Source: Lytechinus pictus
Taxonomy: Eukaryota
Direction: 5' to 3'
DNA length: 64,000 nucleotides
Assembly (NCBI RefSeq): GCF_037042905.1
Contig: NC_087249.1
Span: 5,828,001 to 5,892,000 of the forward strand
Positions 52,101 through 60,754 of the stretch are shown piece after piece. Position 1 is the first letter of the stretch. Every line of letters starts with the position of its first letter. The notes under the pieces are model-generated. The model was not told the origin of the DNA. It did not search any database and worked only from the letters and a program-made list of their open reading frames with translations. The position numbers and the translations under genes were made by a program.

Positions 52101-55100
52101 AGATTAAAGCATTCTGGTTCGTACAAAGATCATATCACATAAATATCTTATATGAAAATATGAGCAAAGTGAAAGGAAGTTAGCCCCAATAATATCAATT
52201 TTATGTATAGTTTATGGTTTGCAGTTTAGAGAGCTGCATATACCAAGGCAAATGACTTTATTGAACAAATATGTTTTTTTAATAGAGGTCTAAATTTGTT
52301 GAGTCTGTGTGTTTCATGCATTCGGGTAGATTGTTCAAAGGTTGAGGGACTACTGATTAAAATGGTTTTGAACAATAAGATCAGGTTTTGATGGCATCGT
52401 CATCTAATCTTTGTGTTTTTTTGTCCCACAGGAACCAAAGAAGAGTGCTTGCAGGTTTCTACAAAGTAAAAACCTGAGATGTATTGCTTTATGTGAGGGT
52501 AAGTTGAAGAGTTTTCACCATCCTGATAAACATATATGAGCCTCAGTGTAAAAATTGAAATATATTTCACAAGCTCTGCTTAGATTTCAACAATTTTTAA
52601 TACACTTTGACACATGGGCAGGAATATTATTTTTCTGTGGCTCTTTTCTCTAATTTACAGTGTCTATTTCAAAGAGTCTATTGGGCAAATCACCGATAGC
52701 GCCTGCTCCTTTTCATTATCCATGTCCAGCAATTTCCAGTATGTCTTTATGTTTTCCAAGCATTTCAGGAGCTCATACAATGCAGAAGAATGTACAAAGT
52801 TTTTTTGATATGTAAATTAGTATATTATTATTATCATTATTTATTATGTACTCAAACCCATCCATACCAGTCTGAAATTGAAATAGTAATTTAATTGACT
52901 GTTGAAGTGTGAGACAAGGGCCTGTAATGTTAAAAAGATTCAATCGATTCAATTGATTGTACAATGAAGCAAAACTGCAAGTCTATTGCTCTTCATGTAC
53001 ATAAAGTTAAAATTGATTTTAAGTATTAATTTTATCTTACATGGCTCTGAAGTGCAGTAAGTGTAAGAAGATTCCCATTCCTTCCCAGGCAGACAAGTTT
53101 TACACTCGATCTGGAAATCATTTTCCTAATTCATGTCTGATTGTTATATCTGTCAAACCTTGTAAAATTAATGTATTTTTGTCATGTATTACCCAAATAA
53201 ATATTAGATAAATATAGTTTTGTATTGATTGGCAATCTATTTTTCAACACTGATAAGAACAATGGTGTAGTTGGAACAGCCTTTCAGAATGTCATCCTAC
53301 CAGTCAAAGATATTGTCAACAATATGGTTTTGCTTCATGAAGATGAAATATACATTTTTGTCTCACCTGCATAGCAGAGTGAGACTATAGGCGCCGCTTT
53401 TGCTGCAGCGGCGTCAACATCAAATCTTAACCCAAGGTTAAGTTTTTGAAATGACATCATAACTTAGAAAGTATATGGACCTAGTTCATGAAACTTGAAC
53501 ATAAGGTCAATCAAGTATTACTGAACATCCTGCCTGAGTTTCAGGTCATATGACCAAGGTCAAAGGTCATTTAGGGTCAATGAACTTTGGTCAAGTTGGG
53601 GGTATTTGTTGAATTACTATCATAACTTTGAAAATTTATGGATCTAGTTCATGAAACTTGGACATAAGGTTAATCAAGTATGAGTGAACATCCTGCTCTA
53701 GTTTCAGGTCACGTGACCAAGGTCAAAGGTCATTTAGGGTCAATGAGCTTTGGTCAAGTTGGGGGTATTTGTTGAATTACTATCATAACTTTGAAAATTT
53801 ATGGATCTAGTTCATGAAACTTGGACATTAGGTTAATCAAGTACCACTGAATATCCTGTGCGAGTTTCAGGTCACATGACCATGGTCAATGGTCATTTAA
53901 GGTCAATGAACTTTGGCCGTGTTGGGGGTATTTGTTAAATTACCATCCTAACTCTGAAAGTTTATGGATCTAGTTCATAAAACTTGGACATAAGAGTAAT
54001 CAAGTATCACTGAACATCCTGTACGAGTTTCAGGTCACATGACCATGGTCAAAGGTCATTAAAGGTCAATGAACTTTGGCCATGTTGGGGGTATTTGTTA
54101 CATTACCATCCTAACTCTGAAAGTTTATGGATCTAGTTCATAAAACTTGGGATATAAGAGTAATCAAGTATCACTGAACATCCCCTGTGAGTTTCAGGTC
54201 ACAAAACCAAGGTCAAAGGTCAGTTAAGGTCAATAAACTTAGGCTATGTTGGGGTAATTGTTGACTTGCCATCATAACTTTGAAAGTTTATGGATAGAGT
54301 GAATGAAATGTGGACTTGGGTGGAGTTGACAAGTCTTAAGTCACCGTTCAAATGTCATTTATGGTCAATGAACGTGGTATTATTATTATTATTATTATTA
54401 TTTTACTTGGCAGAATATCAAACAAGTCAAATACAATGATAGCAAATAATTGTTACAATAATACAGTAACACAAAAATAATTAAACACTGGATTCACCTG
54501 GATGAGCTGCCAGGCATTGGGCAAAGTTAACCAAATAACTATAGTCCGCGGACCGCCCTAACCCATACCCCATCCAGGTGAATCCACTGTAGTACTTTCA
54601 TGCGAAAAAAAACATAGCATAAAATTTCATTCAAAGTTACATAATATAACAAAATGATCAATTACTCAGAATCAAAACACAAAAACATACAAACAAATAT
54701 CAATAAATACACTGCGTTAAAATGTAAGAAATTGAATAACAGAAAGGGAATATGCTGACCAATTATCTAAATTAACTTTGGTCGGCTTTGTCATGCGATT
54801 CGGTATGAGATTGTATAAATTGCAATAAATAATTAAAAATTTAAAGTACTGTGGTATCTTGGCAAGAAATACAGCAAACATTTATTCAATTTTATTAATT
54901 ATATTGCACTTAACATGTTGAATACAACCCCCTGAGATTTAAACTGCAATTAATGAAAATGCTATTGGAATATTGAAAATTGAAATACCATTGGATTTAC
55001 ATGATGTCATTATATGAATGGTGTTTTTGTGAATGTTTATTTTATAGTAGTTTTCAAAGTTAGCACTGCTGCTATATTAAATTGCGTAATGCAGGCGAGA

Positions 55101-56600
55101 CTGCCAGAAGCGTTCCACTTGTTAGTATATTAATAATAATGTGGCTTATAAAGCGCCAAATCCACTCTGTAGAGTGCTCAAGGCGCATAAAGAGCTAAGA
55201 GTTAAATAAAAAAGTTTTTAGAAGGTTTTTGAAAGTTTCGACAGAGGTACATTTTTTTATGTCTTCAGGAAGGCTATTCCACAAAGTGGGGCATGCAAAA
55301 GCAAATGATCTTTCCCCCCAAGTTTTTGAAACTTTTGGAATGACAAGGAAGCCATATAGAATTTTGTATTTGTACAGTAGTTTATGGTTGAAATACAATG
55401 TCACTGCTTGTGAATTCTAGTTTATAGTGATTTCCATGCATTATAATAAGGATTATTCTCAAACATGATTTTCATGTGTCATGATTCCCAATCCACAAGA
55501 TGAATTAAAATGTGACCATTTATATATAGAGAACATATTCAAATAGTGTCAAAAACGCTCATGTCGTGATGGTTTCATTATGTTTGCTCCGGCGACGATT
55601 GCTCCGCTCTAAATTCCACACAATAAACAAATGACCAATTTCAAACCTTGGTTTAACACTATACCTTACCTTATACCTAACCGTACATGTAAACCTAACA
55701 TAAAACCCTATTGCAACACTAACCCTACACCGTACATCTTAGACGAAAGTAATCCCGGAGTAATTGTCGCAGGAGCAAATGTCGTGTCACCGTCGTGACA
55801 GATAGTTTATGAATGATAAATTATGAAATAATATATTTTTGATAATATTCATTGAATAATCTATTTATATTGCAGTGATAAGTTCCAAGGAGTTGAATAG
55901 ACATGGTCATGTATGGGTTTGTTGTAATCCGGATCATGTATGTACTAGATTCTTCTTTGTGTAAGTATCAAGCAGCTTGGGAATTGCTGTTAGGCTTAAT
56001 ATTGTAGTACAGAATCCTGTTTTGAATTATAATGTTTTGCATAGCATTTCCATCTAATGGTGTGGCTTAAACAAACATGTATGCAATCATTTTTTCTATT
56101 AAAATTTCATAATTTCTCAATTTCAAGATAGATTCGGTCTAGAACTAAAATATGTCCCAAGTAGTGCTATTGCTTGTAAGAGTAAGATTGATCCTGAAGT
56201 GCTTCTTCCTTATTTAAAATTTAAAAAGTAATCATAATAGATTTGAATCTGTGTGATCCGTTAAGAAATACTAACTCAGTCTATTAACTTTTGAGATTTT
56301 TTGCAGATATTTTGCTTGTACATGTAGTTCAGTTATTTCAAAGGTAGTTACATGTAAATTAGTTTAGTTAAGCTCACTCATAAGGATATTTATTGTAATA
56401 AGCTTAAATAAATTTCAGTAGGTGCTAAATAAATATTGAATTATTAGTATTATGTATGTGATATGTTGCCAATTTGCTTCAATGATTTATGTTGTTGTAG
56501 GTACGAAGATGGCAAGGTCGGCGATCAGGGTGTAGATACCACACAGGACAAGTACACCAAGGACATTCTATCTGCTATGGCCGATTGGAGGACGCTATGA
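10025..56600 (+). CDS. PARP8: PARP6/PARP8-like mono-ADP-ribosyltransferase, spliced gene span (22 coding exons, 764 aa)
   Basis: All 22 exons listed below have GT/AG boundaries and join in frame to 2295 nt. Motifs include CVVCDEPH..QNG.MLKP.VCERELC, FHGS.IENWHSILR, GIYLSP and HVCTRFFFVYEDG. Extra exons could be hidden in N gaps. Symbol is approximate (PARP6/PARP8 co-ortholog). Confidence 0.93.
10530..10723. mobile_element. CAGGGGCGGATCC-type MITE
   Basis: GGTGGATCCA ... TGGATCCGCCCCTG termini. Confidence 0.65.
11400..11941. mobile_element. MITE with ~40-bp TIRs and G/C-tract ends
   Basis: GGGGGCCAGTCAAATATATTGCTGTACACATGC ... GCATGTGTACAGCAATACATTTGACTGGCCCCC. Internal AACTTGTTTAGGG x4. Confidence 0.88.
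13860..14110. repeat. (CAT/CAC/CCT)n microsatellite
   Basis: Direct trinucleotide repeats. Confidence 0.95.
15290..15418. repeat. Long perfect inverted repeat (hairpin)
   Basis: 57-bp perfect arms CAGTCTACAGACC...GAAAAGCAT / ATGCTTTTC...GGTCTGTAGACTG, plus an inner GCGGG/CCCGC stem. Confidence 0.95.
16133..16537. mobile_element. MITE, PIF/Harbinger-like
   Basis: CTGCACCAGCACGAGTTT ... AAACTCGGGCTGGTGCAG TIRs. CpG-rich, with internal ATCTCGAGAT palindromes. Superfamily inferred. Confidence 0.72.
17651..17743 (+). CDS. PARP8: PARP6/8-like exon 2
   Basis: ttttcag|, (A)FEQSKNTFGFTLAANGEVVIYTFSMGDDYP, |gtaag; phase 1 to 1. Confidence 0.82.
18089..21000. mobile_element. 2.9-kb non-autonomous DNA transposon, Chapaev-like (CAC...GTG, 4-bp TSD)
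   Basis: Perfect 12-bp TIR CACGTACGTGCA/TGCACGTACGTG, with ATAT on both sides (18085-18088 and 21001-21004). No transposase ORF. Confidence 0.78.
21445..21780. mobile_element. MITE-like element built from short CCATTTGGTCTAAT / ATTAGACCAA repeats
   Basis: Quasi-palindromic array of short repeats; a decayed relative lies at ~13050-13440. Confidence 0.55.
22140..22454 (-). mobile_element. tRNA-derived SINE, family A (3'-truncated copy)
   Basis: Reverse complement aligns with 6074-6390. Confidence 0.88.
24801..25095 (+). mobile_element. Degenerate family B SINE
   Basis: GGAGTGTTGTGG head, GTTCAATTC B-box remnant, and CTCGACACCCAGGTGTCAAATGGGTACCCGGTAGG core. Confidence 0.6.
26644..26733 (+). 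CDS. PARP8: PARP6/8-like exon 3
   Basis: tttcag|, (D)NTVLTYSHCPDQPLLIHERIPTFFNRISP, |gtaag. Confidence 0.82.
28020..28675 (+). mobile_element. 5'-truncated LINE (CR1-group-like) ORF2 C-terminal remnant
   Basis: KYLGVTITSDL*WNSHI...KANNTLAFLRRNL...LVRPLVEYASTVWDP...SFFPRTIKMWN, with in-frame stops and a frameshift. The tail probably resumes at ~29122-29200 after the MITE. Confidence 0.9.
28676..29121. mobile_element. MITE (Harbinger-like) inserted in the LINE 3' region
   Basis: CCGTTCTCA..AACTAGTTTACTGGAAA ... TTTCCAGTAAACTAGT..TGAGAACGG TIRs. Confidence 0.8.
32006..32318. mobile_element. MITE, same family as 3943-4254
   Basis: GGCCCGTATTCTGAAGTCAGGTTTAA ... TTAAACCTGGTTTCAGAATTGGGGCC. Confidence 0.8.
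33011..33692. mobile_element. Poly-G/poly-C-ended element, copy 2, with an internal 139-bp perfect tandem duplication
   Basis: Homologous to 1487-2000; 33177-33315 is repeated at 33316-33454. Confidence 0.88.
36366..36481 (+). CDS. PARP8: PARP6/8-like exon 4
   Basis: ctccag|, (K)YWKNSKFVNPLPRVGLKESEETTDFWLNEDSPSSDMDV, |gtatgt. Phase fits, homology is weak. Confidence 0.7.
37719..37835 (+). CDS. PARP8: PARP6/8-like exon 5 (acidic tract)
   Basis: ttgcag|NLPAIEDGDDTNDSDYDDDDEDDNDVDEDYYNTDGEDVS|gtaag. Confidence 0.8.
37938..38373 (+). mobile_element. Helentron-associated non-autonomous element (HINE/DINE-like)
   Basis: T-rich site, 5' stem ATACGTC/GACGTAT, (GTCC)n, two internal repeats containing TTTTGAGGTCA, and a 3' GGCGGCCGTAT sub-TIR followed by a short hairpin and CTTGTT. 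Confidence 0.7.
38810..39113 (-). mobile_element. tRNA-derived SINE, family B, full length
   Basis: Minus strand GGAGCGTTGTGGCCCAGTGG...GGTTCAAATCCC...CTCAACCCAGGTGAGGTGAATGGGTACC...(TTA)n tail. Confidence 0.9.
39454..39557 (+). CDS. PARP8: PARP6/8-like exon 6
   Basis: ttgtag|ELYSDEDEQAKMHPLLAHDIDQVKQLGGNQALSY(R)|gtatgt. Confidence 0.88.
39971..40031 (+). CDS. PARP8: PARP6/8-like exon 7
   Basis: ttcag|MFDALGDVDIDLQLDVSFLQ|gtaaaa; DVDIDL motif. Confidence 0.92.
40453..40540 (+). CDS. PARP8: PARP6/8-like exon 8
   Basis: ttgcag|DEIAKAWCLNREQPLVVRLHCSLNKYLDE|gtaagt. Confidence 0.92.
40866..40935 (+). CDS. PARP8: PARP6/8-like exon 9
   Basis: ttcag|(N)SPQVSVFQSSKSNQPGVCSQMK(K)|gtaagt. Confidence 0.88.
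41598..41690 (+). CDS. PARP8: PARP6/8-like exon 10
   Basis: ttttag|ITQSFLLAHWKSLSNKAVLAHLKSREKSPS(K)|gtgagt. Confidence 0.85.
41700..42200. repeat. Polypyrimidine low-complexity tract
   Basis: Nearly pure C/T. Confidence 0.9.
42530..42646 (+). CDS. PARP8: PARP6/8-like exon 11 (Ser-rich linker)
   Basis: ccacag|TCQRDGHRNHSNTSRGRTLTIPISFSRSSSSMSQSPSS(E)|gtgagt; phase 2 to 2. Confidence 0.72.
42834..44232. mobile_element. Poly-G/poly-C-ended DNA element (second family) hosting a nested MITE
   Basis: (G)nTCACTCTTCACATGGACTGCTA ... TAGCAGTCCATGTGGAGAGTGA(C)n. Internal ACCCTAAATGGCGTA repeats near both ends. Confidence 0.85.
43533..43966. mobile_element. Nested MITE, 14-bp TIR, 6-bp TSD
   Basis: CAGACCTGCCAACC/GGTTGGCAGGTCTG flanked by GTGTTT (43527-43532 and 43967-43972). 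Confidence 0.88.
44338..44488 (+). CDS. PARP8: PARP6/8-like exon 12 (Ser/Pro-rich linker)
   Basis: ctttag|SPSPVSPDSSSKKFGKKIFPWQPFQRSTSTGHSPPSPGKEELHLIPAATE|gtatag; needed to restore phase 0. Confidence 0.78.
45263..45412 (+). CDS. PARP8: PARP6/8-like exon 13
   Basis: aacag|DQKQAKQIPSLENGFLWQMYGYLKNRIPTLSEFCVVCDEPHIFQNGAMLK|gtgag. Confidence 0.95.
47072..47290 (+). CDS. PARP8: PARP6/8-like exon 14
   Basis: gtcag|PAVCERELCVFSFQMLGVM...DPFPSVVDPKNSKELAFSPK|gtaacg. Confidence 0.95.
48041..48177 (+). CDS. PARP8: PARP6/8-like exon 15
   Basis: tgcag|KKNFDRLECTLDKFSSM...KKQMDKMDVLAYPLLQ(W)|gtaag. Confidence 0.95.
48190..48640. repeat. ~54-60-bp minisatellite
   Basis: Unit CTTATGTATGA(T/C)AACCATAGTCCTTCATTGAATG(G/A)TGATACACTGACACAAAAC, about 7 copies. 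Confidence 0.9.
49088..49136 (+). CDS. PARP8: PARP6/8-like exon 16
   Basis: tgcag|IISSNRSHIVKLPTNK|gtatgt. Confidence 0.95.
49525..49800 (+). mobile_element. tRNA-derived SINE, family B, abutting the exon 17 acceptor
   Basis: GTGGCCTAGTGG A box, GGTTCAATTCCC B box, shared core, and (TAT)n tail running into TTTTACAG. Confidence 0.88.
49804..49916 (+). CDS. PARP8: PARP6/8-like exon 17
   Basis: ttacag|QIRFMHTPHQFLLLSSTPSKETAFRKAKQEHGSIFAF(H)|gtaagt. Confidence 0.95.
50640..50950. repeat. CT-rich low-complexity tract
   Basis: (CTT/CCT)n-like. Confidence 0.9.
51128..51200 (+). CDS. PARP8: PARP6/8-like exon 18 (catalytic H-G-S)
   Basis: gacag|(H)GSNIENWHSILRHGLINASGTKHQ|gtatgg. Confidence 0.95.
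51312..51590 (+). mobile_element. Truncated HINE-like element
   Basis: TTGTCTCGCC...GGCGAGACAA 5' stem and repeated TATGACACAT...TAAGTCACTTTT..ACCAAACTTGG. Confidence 0.65.
51679..51795 (+). CDS. PARP8: PARP6/8-like exon 19 (catalytic Y)
   Basis: atcag|MHGAAYGKGIYLSPHSSVSFGYSGMGHGIHQPVKKLPPV|gtaagt. Confidence 0.95.
52432..52498 (+). CDS. PARP8: PARP6/8-like exon 20
   Basis: cacag|EPKKSACRFLQSKNLRCIALCE(V)|gtaagt. Confidence 0.94.
53356..55123 (+). mobile_element. HINE/Helentron-like element with ~163-bp internal tandem repeats, interrupted by a retroposon fragment
   Basis: Sub-TIRs GTCTCACCTGCA (53360) / TGCAGGCGAGAC (55090), 5' stem GTCTCAC/GTGAGAC, and ~5.5 repeats (53455-54370) containing AAGGTCAAAGGTCA. 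Confidence 0.8.
54380..55000 (-). mobile_element. LINE-like 3' fragment nested in the HINE
   Basis: (ATA)n tail on the minus strand, 16-bp stem at 54489-54586, and an LYNLIP-like peptide remnant. Confidence 0.55.
55130..55350 (-). mobile_element. LINE (L2-like) extreme 3' fragment
   Basis: KTWGERSFAFACPTLWNSLPEDIKKCTSVETFKNLLKTFLF followed by an (ATT)n tail. Confidence 0.82.
55570..55792. mobile_element. MITE with internal CCTAAC-like repeats
   Basis: TTTGCTCCGGCGACGATTGCTCCG ... CGGAGTAATTGTCGCAGGAGCAAA, flanked by TCGTGA on both sides. Confidence 0.7.
55876..55960 (+). CDS. PARP8: PARP6/8-like exon 21
   Basis: tgcag|ISSKELNRHGHVWVCCNPDHVCTRFFF(V)|gtaagt. Confidence 0.95.
56501..56600 (+). 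CDS. PARP8: PARP6/8-like exon 22 (terminal, stop TGA)
   Basis: tgtag|YEDGKVGDQGVDTTQDKYTKDILSAMADWRTL*. Confidence 0.94.
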
Positions 56601-56654
56601 CAGAGTCTTTTTCGTTACAAACAATTTTGATCAATATCTTGCTTTCCATGTACT

Positions 56655-57450
56655 CGCACCTCATCAAGAGCGATTCTGTTGCTTCCGTAAGAGTCAGGGT
56701 CACTAGAGGTCAAAGGTCATGACCTTTGATGAGTGATCCATCACTTGCAAATGCAAGCGCCTAGTCAACGGATCCTCTGTTGCCTCTTTATGATTCATGT
56801 TCACTAAAGGTCACAGGTCATGACCGTTGTAGAGTGATCACTTATTCACCCTTTTATATAATATATATACAGGCATCTTATCAAGGGTTCCTCTATTACC
56901 TCTAAAATTCTTGGTTGCTAAGGTCATAGTTCATGACCTTTGTAGATGATTAATCACTCTCACAAGCACCTCACCAGGGGATCCTCTGTTACCTCGATAG
57001 ATTCAAGATCAACTTCAGCTCATAGATAATGGCCTTTGTTCTTGCACAAGTACCTCGTCAAAGGGTTATTGTTGCCTCTCTAAGATTTTAGGTTACTAAA
57101 GGTCATATGTCATGACCTTTGTATAATACTCAATCACTTGCTTTTCGTAAATAAGCACCTTATCAATGGTTCCTCTGTCACCCACATTGAGTCAGGGTCG
57201 CCAAGGTCAAAGGTCATGACCTATGAAAATTTCATTAATTCATTGTTGCTTGATTCCATGCTTCAAACTAAATTTTGAGGTTGAGTTCAGCTCTGTTGCA
57301 GCTATTGAGTCAGGTTCACCAAGGTCAAAGGTCGTGACCTTGGTAGTGTTTATTCTCCTCAGTATATATTTTTGGTGTACGAGTGATTTATTGATCTATG
57401 TTGGTTCCATTGAGTCAGGGTCACCAAGGTCATAGGTCATGACCTTTTAG
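56655..57450. repeat. Degenerate ~100-120-bp tandem array in the presumed PARP 3' UTR
   Basis: About 8 units with the core GAGTCAGGGTCACCAAGGTCAAAGGTCATGACCT. Confidence 0.85.
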
Positions 57451-58311
57451 AGCATTGAGATTGAGCACTTTGAACATGTTGTACATGTAGATGATATATT
57501 CCATCTCATATGTCTAATATGATTTTTTTTTGGAAAACCCAGTTTGTCAGATTTATGCAAAGATCCAAGTAATTGAACCTGTCATCATGACAATAGATTT
57601 GATATAAAGCGTTATGTGAAGTATTTTGTGGATAAAAGGGTTTGTGCCAACAATCATGATACTGAAATAAGTTGGATTTTGCAGTTCAAGTGAAATATTT
57701 CATTATTGATAAGATTTCTTTAAGAAAATTCTTTTCCTTCTGAGTAATGTTAGTTTTCCACACACCACGAATAATTTTGCATTGTGTGTGTTTTTTTTTT
57801 TTTGGAAGAACATCATGAGTATGGTGGTTCCTTTTATTCATCAACACAATAATTTTCTTTGATTGAAATGAATCCCTGAAAATACAACACTGAATCATTA
57901 TTTCATTGCTTGTTTGAAGAGATCAGCTGTAATTTCCTCAATTCTGGTATGCTACAAAGAATGCACAACCAGATCTAAAATGAAATTATGTCCATCTGAG
58001 GTAATCAACAATATTGCAATTATGTTTAGGGGCAGAAGAATTGTCAGAATTTTTATTAAACGACAAAAGCTCATCCTTGTATAGATTCGTGATAATCCAG
58101 GATTCTTTGATTTACTTGCATTAAGATTGAAGAAAAAATGTCGGAGTTGAGTAGACTTTACGTTATATATTTATTTATTTATTCATTTAATTAATTAATT
58201 AATTTTTTATTTATTTATTCATTCATTCAATTCAAAAATTCTTTATGAATATATTTTTCTCCACCCTATATCAGGCTATATTAGACATTAACTGCCATAT
58301 TACTAAGAATA

Positions 58312-58781
58312 TAAAGGGGAAGTTTACCCTGACAATAAAGCTGGAAAAAATGATACAAATATTGAAGCTTTGATGAAAGTCTGTCAATAAATAAAGAGCT
58401 ATGGATTTTTAAAGTTTTAAATTTGTGATGTCATAGAAGAGCAGCATCTTCATATGTCCAAAAAGTGCAATTTTATCAAAAAAGTTGAAAGTGATTTTAT
58501 TTGTGCGATGGATGCATCATTAGACCCATCATTTCATACCCCCTTCTGTAAGAAAAATATTTGTATCCATCATATTCCATTAAAGATTTTGAATTTATGG
58601 TATTTATATTACATGATATATGGGGGAGCTACTCGCAAATTATTAAAGTCATAAATTAAAATCTCTAAAAATTGATAACTTTCTTATTCTTTGATGGATT
58701 TTCTCAAACCTTCAAGTTTTTTTCTCTAATTTTTTGTTTTTCATTAAAAGAAAGTTATCGTCAGGGTGAACTTCCCCTTTA
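58312..58781. mobile_element. Kolobok-like MITE
   Basis: TAAAGGGGAAGTTTACCCTGAC ... GTCAGGGTGAACTTCCCCTTTA; TTAA-like target. Confidence 0.78.
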
Positions 58782-59869
58782 GATCTTCATGTTCAGATTA
58801 AACTATTTGAATGCTAGTGATTTGGTAGAGCATTTCCTATTATATTTGCTGAAATGAAACCCCCCAGTTGTTGGAGACGTTTGATGTAGTTGAGTGCCTT
58901 TTATATATAATTCTTGCCAAATAAAGATAGATACCTTTTTTGCTGAAGGAAATTGTAATTGAATTACGCATGGATTTGTGTTGTTTTCTGATCTTTTTCC
59001 AACAGATCAGATATATTAATTTACAAGTTTCTGGAAATGCTACAAAAAAATCAGATATGTTGCTTTTATTACTGGTATACAATATAATGACCTTTTGGAT
59101 AAATATTTTTTTGCTAAATCTTTCCAAAGCCAAGGGCCCCTTTACATAAAGGTTAGCAATTTATCATGGTGTTGAATTGTATGATTGATTATGTTATCAT
59201 GTTTGATCCTTCGTTTAAATCAGTCTTTTGATCAATTACTAAGGTTTATGATACAGGATTCAGATTAGACTGTCATGTATGAAACAAAGGGGGGGGGTAA
59301 AGGCATGTTATTGAAATCATACTTTGAGTGTGTTAAAAAGGAATTTGGAAGGGGAAAGTATCATTAAACATAATATTATATTTTGGGTCCATTTTTTTCC
59401 ATTAAAGTAATAATAAAAAATTCATTTTCATATCTGACATATTTTTTCCACAGCATAAGTGGTTCCATAATAAATATGATTTATTTGGGTATTTTTTCAT
59501 CCATTTAAAACAATTTGATGCACAGATGACATCAACCAGCAAAACAGGAAATTTAAGTTTTTTGTTTGTTATATTCCAATTGCATGTATTATGAAGGAAT
59601 GGAAATTCAATTTGTAAGTATTTAGTTTAAATAGTGCAATAGAAAAGCAAGCAAGTGTAGACCTGAATTGAAGCTAATAATATATTTTTAAAAAATCAGT
59701 GAAGAAATCACCTAAAATCATGAATATTATTCCACTGGTTCACAAATGATGAATATCTGCCATTTTTCTTTATTTTGAAATTATTATTATTTGTTTTTGG
59801 GGTCACCTTTGTATCGGGGGCAAAATACTAAAAAAATCAGTGACCTGCAGGGGTTTCCTCCTTATATAA

Positions 59870-60000
59870 TTGATTTGGGGATTGCAGGTGGACCACTACA
59901 CCCGGGTCTCCCCTTCTTTTATATGAATAGTGCAGTTGGTTCTTAACATGCAAAGGTGGTGACTTTCCCTTACTTTGAGCATCAGTTTAACATCCTATCC
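59870..60000 (-). mobile_element. Old fragment of the family A SINE central domain
   Basis: GAATAGTG...TGCAAAGGTGGTGACT resembles 22150-22260. Confidence 0.5.
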
Positions 60001-60754
60001 ATATTTTGCTTTAATGCAAGAAATAATTGCAATTGCATAAATAATGCAACATAATTGCACATCCTCTAACTCAGAAAATGTGTGGAGCTATGAAAGCTCA
60101 TTTGATGCGATGAATAGATATATGGCACATAAATTTTTACTTTCGGCAGTGAAAATTTCATTTCAAGATCCTGTGTAAAGCATAGCCACCTTGCATCATG
60201 TTTCACTCTTGTTGGAATGCTCCCCAGGGAGTGGAGTAAGTGCATACATTATGTGCAGGCAAGTCGGAATCTGCTGTCCATGATGATTTCATATCTGTAA
60301 AATGCTTAGATATTCTGATTTATTAAGCGCTATATAGAACCAAATTATTATTAGTTTTATGAAGTGTTTTACATAAGATATAACGAGAGCTAAGGCTCAT
60401 GTGAAATGTGTGCTATATTAAAATAAAATCATGTTACATGGGTTAATATAACTACAAGACCTGGCCAAGGGTTCTATGCTATTTACCTGGGAAATTTATT
60501 AACAATAATTTGGGAAAGAATGATTATATTTTGTATACAAGAATCTAGAGTCACTTTGATTCACTAACAGTCATAAGGGGGATATTGATCTGTGTGCAAT
60601 AGTTGTAAGGTATATATTATTTGAAAGTGGATTAGGATGAAAGGCTGTAATGATATGCTTATGTCATGTGTGTGTGTACTGTATATACTAAACAAAGTAT
60701 GGGATGAATCAGAGGATCGTCATATGAGACTGTTCTTAGCGAAACTTGGTGAAA

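Noticed and set aside
10110-56500. Possible U12-type or non-canonical introns
   Set aside because: All inferred introns are GT-AG and none has the RTATCCTT U12 donor.
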